Shown piece after piece: positions 9,852 through 19,262 of a stretch of 64,000 nt of DNA (position 1 is the first letter of the stretch; every line of letters begins with the position of its first letter). This DNA comes from an uncultured Chroococcidiopsis sp. (GTDB taxonomy: Bacteria > Cyanobacteriota > Cyanobacteriia > Cyanobacteriales > Chroococcidiopsidaceae): positions 32,001 to 96,000 of the forward strand of contig CAXTYC010000004.1 of NCBI GenBank assembly GCA_964248365.1, in the 5' to 3' direction. Position numbers and translations under genes: made by a program. Below the pieces are notes generated by a model. The model did not search any database. It was not told the DNA's origin and saw only the letters and a list, made by a program, of their open reading frames with translations.

Positions 9852-10798
9852 CTCTTACGCTGACAATACATTACCAAAAGCACAAATAACCCCATCCCAA
9901 CAACATATTTAAAAGGTGCAGGAACTAGGGGAATTGGGGAGAAAAAGCCCTCAATTGTCCCAGCAATAATTAACATAGGCACAATACCAAATACTAATTG
10001 AACTGCTCGATTACCATATAATTTCAACGCATCTCCACGACGATATTTACCAGGAAACAAAATTGCTCTAGCAATTAAAAGCCCTGCACCTCCAGCAAAA
10101 AATATCGCGGGTAATTCCAAAGCACCATGTGGGAATACAAAAGCCCAAAAAGGATAAGCAAGATTATTTTGACCGACTAAAGTAGCAATTGCACCAATAC
10201 TTAATCCATTAAAAGCCAGCAAAAATACTGTATATATTCCCGCAGTTATTCCCCCAGCAACTGCACCGAAAGAAACGGATAAATTATTAATCATAATGCT
10301 GCTAGAAGCTAAAGGTTCAACACCAACAATTGAACCCATCCATAATTGATGATCGTCTCGTACTTTTCTAATCAAGTTTTCTGGTACTATTAATGATAGA
10401 AAAGTGGGATCTTGCCATGCATACCACCAAGATGCGATCGCCCCTAATAAAAAAATTCCTGTAGCTAGGGCAATGTATCCCGAATTCTGCTGCACCACAG
10501 CTGGTAAACCCCAGCGGTAAAATTCTACCACGCCTTGCCATTCCTGTCGCCGCGAACCTTGGTAAATTTGGTTATAGGCGCGAGTGGTGAGGGAGTGTAA
10601 ATTCTGAATGATGATATTGCTAACTTGGTGAGTTTTTGCACGGGCTAAATCTGCCGCTACCGAACGATATAAACTAGCTAACTCTCTAATGTCAGCAGAT
10701 CGTAAAGATTTTATACCTTTTTTTTCAGTTTGTCTTAACAAAGTATCTAGACGCTTCCAGAAGATTTCCCGCCGTGCAATCCAACGTTGAATGTTCAT
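9824..10798 (-). CDS. Stage II sporulation protein M family membrane protein
   Basis: LYRSVAADLA, IMINN, FNG and PHGALEL motifs, EGFFSP. Confidence 0.9.
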   Translation of the reverse strand: MNIQRWIARREIFWKRLDTLLRQTEKKGIKSLRSADIRELASLYRSVAADLARAKTHQVSNIIIQNLHSLTTRAYNQIYQGSRRQEWQGVVEFYRWGLPAVVQQNSGYIALATGIFLLGAIASWWYAWQDPTFLSLIVPENLIRKVRDDHQLWMGSIVGVEPLASSSIMINNLSVSFGAVAGGITAGIYTVFLLAFNGLSIGAIATLVGQNNLAYPFWAFVFPHGALELPAIFFAGGAGLLIARAILFPGKYRRGDALKLYGNRAVQLVFGIVPMLIIAGTIEGFFSPIPLVPAPFKYVVGMGLFVLLVMYCQRKRYATHAHQI

Positions 10799-10888
10799 AA
10801 ATTTTAAGAATAATAGCGATCGCTAACTTAGAATAGCCTCAAGAATCTGGGCAGACTATATATATCTGCCTTTATTTGGGGGGGAATC

Positions 10889-11719
10889 ATGTCTCAATTT
10901 AGTTCTTCCAGCCCGATACAGCCACTGAGTATCGGTAACGTTGTGACTGCGGGAGTGCGGCTATATAGATCTAATCTTACAACTTACCTAAGACTTGCTT
11001 CATCTGCTTATTTATGGGTTTTAGTTCCTGTTTATGGCTGGGCAAAATATGCGGCAATTTCTGGAATAATCTCGCGCTTGGCTTTCGGCGAATTAGTCAA
11101 TCAACCTGAAAGTGTTAGTACCGCCCGTAGCAAAGTTATGCCGCGTCTTTGGTCATTTTTAAGGATTGCATTTCAGGTTTGGGTTTCATTGTTTTTAGTC
11201 TATATTGGAATGGCACTTGCCGGCGGCTTTATAGCTGGCATTATAGGGGCGATAATTGGCATAGTATTAGGTAGTTCAGCTATTTGGATTATTACTGCTT
11301 TAGCAACACTCGTAGTATTTTTTATCGTTCTAGTGGGATGTATATGGTTCTACTCCCGCTGGATAATAGCTGAAGTACCGCTAGCAGTTGAAGATAATAT
11401 AAATGGCGGTGAAAGCGTTGCTAGAAGTTGGGATTTAACTAAAACCTTTATATGGCGTATTCAGGGCATTGTTTTAGTGGCTTTTATAGTCACATTTCCA
11501 ATTGTGTTGCTGTTTAGCTATCTACCTAGATTACTCCTGCTGTCCTTTGAAAGCGGTTCTACTGCTTACGCCATTGTGTATTTAATTACTTTTATTATAA
11601 GTTTGGTAGGAGGAATTTTGGTCATGCCATTTTGGCAAGCAATTAAAGCTGTAATTTATTACGATCTACGATCGCGGCGGGAAGGTTTGGGTTTGAATTT
11701 ACGCGATCGCAGCGTTTAA
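10889..11719 (+). CDS. Membrane protein (DUF975 / GDPD-membrane-domain-like)
   Basis: PLSIGNVV, ARSWDLTK and YYDLRSRREG motifs; multiple TMs; adjacent to RDD. Confidence 0.75.
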   Translation: MSQFSSSSPIQPLSIGNVVTAGVRLYRSNLTTYLRLASSAYLWVLVPVYGWAKYAAISGIISRLAFGELVNQPESVSTARSKVMPRLWSFLRIAFQVWVSLFLVYIGMALAGGFIAGIIGAIIGIVLGSSAIWIITALATLVVFFIVLVGCIWFYSRWIIAEVPLAVEDNINGGESVARSWDLTKTFIWRIQGIVLVAFIVTFPIVLLFSYLPRLLLLSFESGSTAYAIVYLITFIISLVGGILVMPFWQAIKAVIYYDLRSRREGLGLNLRDRSV

Positions 11720-11721
11720 CT

Positions 11722-12504
11722 ATGCATTTTTTTAATCGCGTCACTCATCAAACACCTGAAAGCGTAGAACTAGAGTTCACGTTGGCAGGAATTGGCAATC
11801 GCGCCTGGGCATTATTAATCGACTATCACATATTAGGCTTGCTAGTAGTGGTGTTTCTAATTATTTGGAGCATCATTTCATGGCAATTAGTCGAAATTAC
11901 TGGCAACTTGTTTCGTCGTGTAGATATTGGACTATGGCTTGTAGCGATCGCTCTATTAGTGATGTTCTTTGTTTACACAGGTTACTTCATCTTATTTGAA
12001 ACATTTTGGCAGGGACAAACACCAGGTAAACGCTTTGCCAAAATTCGTGTAGTTAGAGATGATGGTAGACCAATCGGGATCGGGCAAGCAACAATGCGAT
12101 CGCTTCTCAGAGCATTTGACGATACCTTATTCCTGGGAGCATTTCTAATTATATTCACCCGTCGAGAAAAGCGCCTGGGCGATTTGGCGGCTGGAACGAT
12201 TGTTGTTCAAGTAGAATTACCCGTAGCAGCAGCAAATTCGATTTCTGACGGGGCAAATGAACTAGCACAACAGTTATTACACCAAGCAGATTTTACCCAA
12301 CTACTACCCGATGACTTCGCTGTGATTCGTGAGTATTTGCAGCGACGTAAAGCAATGTCACCCAAAGCAAGAGAGCAGCTGAGCTTACAACTAGCCCAGC
12401 AAGCCAAAAGTATCATTGCTTTAGAAAAACTACCACAAGCTGTTACCTGCGATGTGTTTCTAGAAGCCGTCTATTTGGCATATCAAATAGGGGCTAGGGG
12501 CTAG
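11722..12504 (+). CDS. RDD family protein
   Basis: TPESVEL, RAWALLID, GQTPGKR, KRLGDLAAGT. Confidence 0.93.
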   Translation: MHFFNRVTHQTPESVELEFTLAGIGNRAWALLIDYHILGLLVVVFLIIWSIISWQLVEITGNLFRRVDIGLWLVAIALLVMFFVYTGYFILFETFWQGQTPGKRFAKIRVVRDDGRPIGIGQATMRSLLRAFDDTLFLGAFLIIFTRREKRLGDLAAGTIVVQVELPVAAANSISDGANELAQQLLHQADFTQLLPDDFAVIREYLQRRKAMSPKAREQLSLQLAQQAKSIIALEKLPQAVTCDVFLEAVYLAYQIGARG

Positions 12505-12646
12505 GGGCTAGGGGCTAGGAAGAGAGCAAAGGGGGCAAAAGGGAGAAAGTGCATTCAAATTTCTTGACTTGAAAGCAGGGATATGGTACATAATACCCCC
12601 TCAGCTTCCTCAGCTTCCTTTTGCTCCCCCAGCTTTCTTCTAGCCC

Positions 12647-13780
12647 CTAGCCCCCCATACCAGGTATTAAGCCGCCACTGAGCCGCTTGAGGGCGCGTCC
12701 AGCTACGTCGCCGTAACCTATTTCGCCGCACATGATTTGCCCCATGCGCTCGGTAGCAGTGGGGCGCTTAACACCAACTTTATAGCCGATGCCAGGAACG
12801 CGATAGAATACACCTGCTATTTTTTGCGCCCACGCCATATCCGAACCCCATTGTTCGTTAATTACCTGGGTGTACTTGTCTAGGGCATTGCGATCGCCTG
12901 CAATCGCCCCATCAATTGCTTCCGCCGCCTTCAACCCACTAAAGATTGATGGGCGAATACCTTCGGCGGTAAACGGATCAACCACACAAGCAGCTTCCCC
13001 AGCTAAAACAGCATTTTGGGTGTGCAGTTTTTGATTACCATCCCACAGACAAAGGGGATGTCCATACTGCTTACAGGTTTTGAGATCTACACCAAACAAG
13101 GTGGCATACTCACCCAAAATTTGTTTAAAGTCCTGTCCTTCACCACCCCGAAATGTACCAATGCCAATCGAATAACCATCAGCCTTGGGGAAGTTCCAGA
13201 TATAGCCGTTTTTGACCATCCCAAACTCGAAGTGGGCAATGTTGGTATGTTCCACATTGGCAGATGCTTCAGCTTCTAAAGCTCCACCTAAACGGCGTAC
13301 ACGGTCTTTGAAGCCCAATAGTTTTGCCATTGGTCCTTTGGCTCCATCGGCAGCAATTAGGTAGCGACCTTCAAAGGTTCCATTCGCCGTGTTAACCTGC
13401 CAATGGTCGCTTTTAAATTCAATGCCTTTGACTTCTGTGTTGTCTTTGAGTTCAGCCCCTTGTTTTTGTGCCTGTCCAATTAGGAAGTGGTCGAACACGT
13501 CCCGCCGCACCATCCACATCGGTTCTGGTGTGTGTAGTTCGGCTTGCACAGCATCACCCATTTTCCAGGTGTAGCGAATTGTGTTTACCTTGACCGAAAT
13601 AGCTGGAGAAAAGTCAAAATCGAACCACTTGGCGATCGCAGGTGAAACCCCACCACCACATGGTTTATAGCGTGGGAGTGATTCTTTTTCTAAAACTAAA
13701 ACGGAACGCCCTCGCTTGGCTAAATGATATGCAGCTGTTCCACCTGCTGGACCTGCGCCGACGATGATGCAATCGTACAT
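12647..13780 (-). CDS. Geranylgeranyl reductase family FAD-dependent oxidoreductase
   Basis: VGAGPAG, RYKPCGGG, IAADGA, YIWNFPK, DPFTAEGI. Confidence 0.92.
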   Translation of the reverse strand: MYDCIIVGAGPAGGTAAYHLAKRGRSVLVLEKESLPRYKPCGGGVSPAIAKWFDFDFSPAISVKVNTIRYTWKMGDAVQAELHTPEPMWMVRRDVFDHFLIGQAQKQGAELKDNTEVKGIEFKSDHWQVNTANGTFEGRYLIAADGAKGPMAKLLGFKDRVRRLGGALEAEASANVEHTNIAHFEFGMVKNGYIWNFPKADGYSIGIGTFRGGEGQDFKQILGEYATLFGVDLKTCKQYGHPLCLWDGNQKLHTQNAVLAGEAACVVDPFTAEGIRPSIFSGLKAAEAIDGAIAGDRNALDKYTQVINEQWGSDMAWAQKIAGVFYRVPGIGYKVGVKRPTATERMGQIMCGEIGYGDVAGRALKRLSGGLIPGMGG

Positions 13781-14035
13781 AAGTCAGAAATTTTGCTCAA
13801 AAGATTTCTATATTTAAGGTCTGTTAAGACCTTAACTATTTTGCCCGTTTACTGCTCAACTTTCATAAAGAGATGATCTAGATTATCTGTTTTTCAGCAG
13901 TTAATTAACTCCTACTCAGTCAAATTCTTTGTCATTCTCAAAGAATCACTGAATTTCAGTATATATATTTACAAATATCTTAGTTATTATCTCAGTATAA
14001 ACTCGTATTTGAAATATAGCAGCACCTTGCTGCAC

Positions 14036-14175
14036 CCGCCTTGAACTCCTTTTCAAGGCTAATAGCTTAAGTGGGTTAAAACGGACTGTAATCTACACAG
14101 TCAGCTTAAGCTGACTTAAGTTATTAGCCTGGAAATTGATTTCCAGGCGGTGATAAGGCTGATGCAAGATCTGAG
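14036..14175. mobile_element. Nested-palindrome MITE/REP-like element
   Basis: CCGCCTTGAA..TTCCAGGCGG outer arms; 17-bp arms 14056-14072/14114-14130; perfect 18-bp palindrome AGTCAGCTTAAGCTGACT at 14099-14116. Confidence 0.65.
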
Positions 14176-14324
14176 TTAGACATACTTGTGAACAAATAGA
14201 TAACTCGTTTAAAGAGCGCCCCTACCTACTTTCTGCTATAGAACAAAAAAGAGAAAAAATCCCCTAGCGCTCATGGCTGTAGGGCAACCGACGAGCGAAG
14301 GGCGCTTTTAGCTAGAAGATGAGT

Positions 14325-14873
14325 TTATACGGTTGTGATCTCTTTTTCTTTGTCTGCCAGTAATTCATTAATTCTGGCAGTGTATTTATCAGTCAATTTT
14401 TGCAGTTTATCTTGTAGATCCTTCGCTTCGTCTTCAGAGACTTCGCTGTTTTTCTCCTGCTTGCGGATGGTGTCAATTGCATCACGGCGAATGTTACGGA
14501 TAGCAACTCGTCCCTCTTCAGCATACTTGCCTGCGACTTTGACGAATTCTTTGCGGCGATCGCTTGTCAAGGGCGGAATATTCAGCCGTACCATAGAACC
14601 GTCATTGTTGGGAGTTAAACCCACATCCGACATCGAGATTGCTTTTTCAATGATGTTTAGGGTATTACGATCATACGGTTGAACTGTGATCGTAGTCGCA
14701 TCAGGGGTACTAATATTTGCCAAAGATTTGAGCGGTGTAGGAGAACCGTAATATTCCACCATCACCTTGTCAAGTAAACTTGGATTAGCACGACCAGTAC
14801 GGATCGTATTAAAAGCGCGTTGAGTTGCCTCAACAGTTTTTTGCATCGAACTTTCAGCTTCAGGTAACTTCAC
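14325..14873 (-). CDS. frr: Ribosome recycling factor
   Basis: [36 protein letters not shown] start at 14873 overlapping the pyrH 3' end. Confidence 0.97.
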   Translation of the reverse strand: MKLPEAESSMQKTVEATQRAFNTIRTGRANPSLLDKVMVEYYGSPTPLKSLANISTPDATTITVQPYDRNTLNIIEKAISMSDVGLTPNNDGSMVRLNIPPLTSDRRKEFVKVAGKYAEEGRVAIRNIRRDAIDTIRKQEKNSEVSEDEAKDLQDKLQKLTDKYTARINELLADKEKEITTV

Positions 14874-15588
14874 AAAAACCTCCCACAATCGTCCCTATAG
14901 ATTCTCCCATCACGGCTCGACGGATGTTACCGCTTCCCGACAGATCAAATACCAGAATAGGGATATTATTCTCTTTACACAATGCGATCGCTGTACTGTC
15001 CATTACCCTGAGGTCTTGAGTCAGCACATGACCATAAGTAAGGCTAGAGTAGCGTTTTGCTGCTGGATTGACATGGGGATCAGAATCATAAATCCCATCT
15101 ACCTTGGTAGCTTTAAAAATCACCTCGGCATCAATTTCCGCAGCTCTGAGCGCCGCAGTAGTATCGGTAGTGAAGAAGGGATTACCAGAACCCGCACCAA
15201 AAATTACCACCCGTCCTTTTTCAAGGTGACGGATGGCGCGACGACGAATATAGGGTTCTGCTACTTCTTGCATAGCGATCGCTGTTTGTACCCGTGTCTG
15301 CACCCCAATTCGTTCCAGAGCATCTTGGAGCGTGAGGGCATTCATTACGGTAGCAATCATACCAATATAATCAGCCGTTGCCCGATCCATACCAGCTGCC
15401 GACGCTTTCACGCCGCGAAAAATATTGCCACCACCTACTACAATAGCGACTTGAACGCCCAGAGCAACAATTTCTCCTACTTCATTTGCAATTTCTTCCA
15501 CTATTGCTGGATCTATGCCATAACCCAAGTCGCCCATCAAGGCTTCACCGCTGAGCTTGAGTAAAACCCGCTTGTAAGGCTTTGTCAT
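14860..15588 (-). CDS. pyrH: UMP kinase
   Basis: [32 protein letters not shown]. Confidence 0.98.
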   Translation of the reverse strand: MTKPYKRVLLKLSGEALMGDLGYGIDPAIVEEIANEVGEIVALGVQVAIVVGGGNIFRGVKASAAGMDRATADYIGMIATVMNALTLQDALERIGVQTRVQTAIAMQEVAEPYIRRRAIRHLEKGRVVIFGAGSGNPFFTTDTTAALRAAEIDAEVIFKATKVDGIYDSDPHVNPAAKRYSSLTYGHVLTQDLRVMDSTAIALCKENNIPILVFDLSGSGNIRRAVMGESIGTIVGGFCEVT

Positions 15589-15876
15589 ACACTTAAAATT
15601 TAGTTCATAATTGCCTCCAATTTAAGATAGCAGTAGAGGGGTTGTCTGTCTCTATTTACCCCATTAGAGTGTATAACCCATAGCCTGAGCCGATTTTAGT
15701 GAAATTCCTTGATATTGAAGCATAGTAGACCTGGTGCAAAAGCTTTTTTTGTTTCTCGCAATAGACTTGGACACAAGCGATGGCGGGTTTCCCGACAGGA
15801 GGCAAAGTGTCCGCGCAAAGCCACAAAGCAAGGACGCAAAAAGGAGCTGCTGCAAAATTTATGTAAGAAGTCTTGT

Positions 15877-15960
15877 GAATTGCTCGTCTACTAAGAAAGT
15901 CTGGGGCGTTGTTTTAGCGCCAAAACTTTCAGTCACATCTCTAGTGGAGTCTCAATATAG
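15877..15960 (-). pseudogene. Remnant of AhpC/TSA-redoxin (thioredoxin-fold) gene
   Basis: Minus frame reads LY*DSTRDVTESFGAKTTPQTFLVDEQ, resembling the YL.D....V...FGA..TP..FL.D redoxin segment; no start or CxxC region left. Confidence 0.6.
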
Positions 15961-15989
15961 CTTTCGGCGATCGCAAAAATTATAAAGCC

Positions 15990-16907
15990 TCAATCCTTGC
16001 ATTGAGCGTAATATATTTGTTTTCCTGATAAATCCTGATTTAATTTTGTTGTATCTGCATATATATTTTTAGGACAGGCATCTGTAGCACAGTCTTTTAT
16101 AATGGCAGTGCCTCGTTTACCTACTACCTCAAGAGACAGGTATAGCCAATCATCACCATCCAAATCCATACTTGGGGAATTATTCCCTTCTGCAAGTGCA
16201 GTAGCTTCGATTTCGCCTAGTGTATCTGTAATTAAAGGACAAGATTTGACGTTGGCGATCGCCTGTTCATAGGACTGAGGATATTGTATACCTCCCCAGA
16301 TATGTCTTTAATTATTCGGAATAATTAAACCAGGAGTCACATAAAAGCTTGTGCCAAAAGTGTAAAAATAAATAAGCATAATTGCCCCCAGGGCAGGACT
16401 AGCATAACGAAACCTTTTGGCTTGATTAGGCGGTTTTTGACTTGGAAATTTACAAATAAGCAGAACAAACAGAAGGGGAAGTATATAAAAAGCTATGCTT
16501 CCCCAAATTAATCTAATACCACCCACAAGTAAAGTTAGTAAATCTGCAATTGAAATAGCTATTTTTCCCAGAAAAATTAGTGCAAATGGTAAAACAATAA
16601 ACATATAAAAAATATTTACTTCAAGACTTTGAGCTACACTCAACCTCGATAAACATCCTAAAAATATACATAAAATAACAATGAATAAATTAAAGTCTTG
16701 GCACTGCTCTCTAAATATCCAAACTCCGATGGCGCTAGCAGTAAGGGAAATAAATAATGCTATAGCGAAACTAAAGGGGTAATCATAGGGTGACAAAAAC
16801 CAGAATCCAATAAATTTATTATAATTAAAGAGACTTAGTAAACCTATACAAACTAAAATAGGAATACTCCAAACAAATATTAAAGATGTAGAACGCATGG
16901 CATTCAT
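15990..16907 (-). pseudogene. Multi-TM membrane protein with C-terminal soluble domain, split by an in-frame TAA at 16308-16310
   Basis: 199-aa hydrophobic ORF continues in frame past the stop for 105 more sense codons to TGA at 15990-15992. Confidence 0.7.
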
Positions 16908-17020
16908 GAATGATATAATTGCTATTAAGTATTAATTAAAAGGTGAAGGGGGAAAGGGAAAAGGGGAAAGGGAAAAGGTAATTCGTAATTTCACCCCTGC
17001 TCCCCTGCTCCCCTGCTCTC

Positions 17021-17950
17021 TTAAGCGCCCCTAGCCCCTTTTTCCCAACCTTGAGCTAAGGCTTGATAACCAATCAGTTTGTAGACCAATTTTGCCGACG
17101 TGAACTCTGAAACAACTGAATCAGCAATTGGTGCTAATTCCATCACATCCATGCCAATAACTTGATGGGTTTCTATTACTTTGCGTAAAAACGAAGTGAG
17201 AGAATACCAGTTTAATCCGCCTGGTTCTGGAGTACCAACCCCAGGAATTAGAGTCGGATCGATGCCATCTAAATCGATGGTGAGAAAGACTTTTTGTGTG
17301 GGAATAGAAGCGATCGCTCTTTCTATCCAATCTGATTGATTAGCAATTTCCCGCGCTCGAAATACGCTGAGATTTTTTTCTTTAATCAAGTCTGCTTCTT
17401 CTTTACAAATAGCCCGAATACCTATTTGTACTGTCGGCAAATCCATATCTACAATTCGACGCATCACACAGGCATGATTATGAATTGAACCTTCATATTC
17501 ATGGCGTAAATCACCATGAGCATCAATTTGCACTACGGTAAAAGGTTCATCTGGACATGCCCCGCGATAGGCGGCGACAACGCCAGTTGTAATGCTATGT
17601 TCCCCACCCAAAGCAATGACAAATTTGTCATCTTGAATCAGCTTATAAACTGTTTCTTGCGTAACTTGCAGCATCTGGAGGGCTGAAACTTGCCCATTGC
17701 GGGTGTCTGCAATTGGTGTATGAGTGTAAATTCCCACATCAAGCCCAATTTCCCAATCTAGTTCTTCGTCGTAGTATTCAACTTGATGGGAAGCCTCTAA
17801 AATTGCATCTGGACCATTTTCACAGCCCCGACGATAGGTAGTAGTTGCCTCGTAGGGAATGGGTAAAATAACTACTTTGGCAGCATCATAATTTGCTGCT
17901 ACATCAGCGCCCAAAAATGGCATTACAGAAGTAGAAGTTTGAGTCAGCAT
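17021..17950 (-). CDS. speB: Agmatinase
   Basis: GGEHS, DAHGD, TIDLDGIDP, PGVGTPEPGG. Confidence 0.93.
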   Translation of the reverse strand: MLTQTSTSVMPFLGADVAANYDAAKVVILPIPYEATTTYRRGCENGPDAILEASHQVEYYDEELDWEIGLDVGIYTHTPIADTRNGQVSALQMLQVTQETVYKLIQDDKFVIALGGEHSITTGVVAAYRGACPDEPFTVVQIDAHGDLRHEYEGSIHNHACVMRRIVDMDLPTVQIGIRAICKEEADLIKEKNLSVFRAREIANQSDWIERAIASIPTQKVFLTIDLDGIDPTLIPGVGTPEPGGLNWYSLTSFLRKVIETHQVIGMDVMELAPIADSVVSEFTSAKLVYKLIGYQALAQGWEKGARGA

Positions 17951-18285
17951 GGCTAGAAGTTAGCTCGTTGCAACATCATCAATCCTAGTCGCTAGAAAAT
18001 TAAGTGGCGAGTAAGTTTTTGGAGGGGCTAGAGGCTAGGGGCTAGAGGCTAGTAAGAGGATGGGGGGACTCTTGTGATGGGGCGGACTTGCGAGAGGTTA
18101 CTAATGTGTTCTTTCCCCTCACCCCTCGCCCCTCTGCCCTTTTTTTCCTTGTCTCCTCACTACTGGCTTGCTGTAGCGTAGGAGCAAGTAAAATGGTAAA
18201 GATTTGTCACAATAGAAAAGGCAGTAAGCAAAAATCTACACTTTCTAGCCACTAGTTCCACTGGTTCCACTAGCCACTTTTACCC

Positions 18286-19212
18286 ATGTCTGTCTCGTCT
18301 ACAAGTGCATCCAGCTTACTCAACCCTACCAATACTTGGATTTGGCAAGGATTTCCTATCTGCTATCAACAGCAAGGAGAATCGGGACCTGCTGTTGTAT
18401 TAGTGCATGGTTTTGGAGCTTCGTGGAGACATTGGCGTAAGAATATCCCATTTTTGGCAGAAACTTGTCGAGTATACGCCATTGACTTGATCGGCTTTGG
18501 TAATTCTGCTAAACCTATTCCAGGTGCTTTGCAACCAGGGGAGCGAATAGAGTACTCATTTGAAACTTGGGGACAGCAGATTGCTGATTTTTGCCGCGAG
18601 GTAGTTGGGGAACCAGTTGTTTTAGTGGGGAACTCGGTTGGTTGTATCGCAGTGATGCAAGCAGCAGTATATGCCCCAGATATGGCTTTGGGTGTTGCTA
18701 TGCTTAACTGTTCGCTACGATTGTTACACGATCGCAAGCGTGGCGGTTTGCCTTGGTATAGACGCTTTGGCGCACCTCTAGTACAACGCTTGTTAGCAGT
18801 CAAGCCAATCAGTCAATTCTTTTTCCAGCAACTTGCCAAGCCGAAAACGGTGCGGAAAATTCTCGCGCAGGCATATGCTCATCCTGAAGCAGTAACAGAT
18901 GAGTTAGTAGATATTCTCATGGCTCCTGCGAAAGATCCAGGCGCTGTGGCTGTATTTGTAGCCTTTACAGCTTATTCTCAAGGTCCATTACCTGAAGACT
19001 TGCTGCCGATTTTGCCTTGTCCTGCCATTCTACTATGGGGAACAGCCGATCCGTGGGAACCTGTAGATCTGGGGCGAGAGCTAGCTAAATTCCCCCAAGT
19101 ACAAAAATTTATTCCCCTAGAAGGTTTGGGGCATTGTCCTCAAGATGAAGCACCAGAAACGGTAAATCCAATCTTGCAAGATTGGATTCTACAGCAAGTG
19201 GCTAGTAGCTAG
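18286..19212 (+). CDS. Alpha/beta fold hydrolase
   Basis: HGFGAS, DLIGFG, GNSVG nucleophile elbow, GHCPQDE. Confidence 0.93.
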   Translation: MSVSSTSASSLLNPTNTWIWQGFPICYQQQGESGPAVVLVHGFGASWRHWRKNIPFLAETCRVYAIDLIGFGNSAKPIPGALQPGERIEYSFETWGQQIADFCREVVGEPVVLVGNSVGCIAVMQAAVYAPDMALGVAMLNCSLRLLHDRKRGGLPWYRRFGAPLVQRLLAVKPISQFFFQQLAKPKTVRKILAQAYAHPEAVTDELVDILMAPAKDPGAVAVFVAFTAYSQGPLPEDLLPILPCPAILLWGTADPWEPVDLGRELAKFPQVQKFIPLEGLGHCPQDEAPETVNPILQDWILQQVASS

Positions 19213-19262
19213 TGGCTGGTGGCTAGAGGAAGTATGAAGTATGAAGTATGAAGTCGGAATTA

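Noticed and set aside
9824..10798. Sporulation function for the SpoIIM-family gene
   Set aside because: Family name only; it is a standard member of MoxR/RDD clusters in non-sporulating bacteria
15664..15985. Three short overlapping ORFs upstream of pyrH
   Set aside because: Mutually overlapping, no motifs; better explained as decayed sequence
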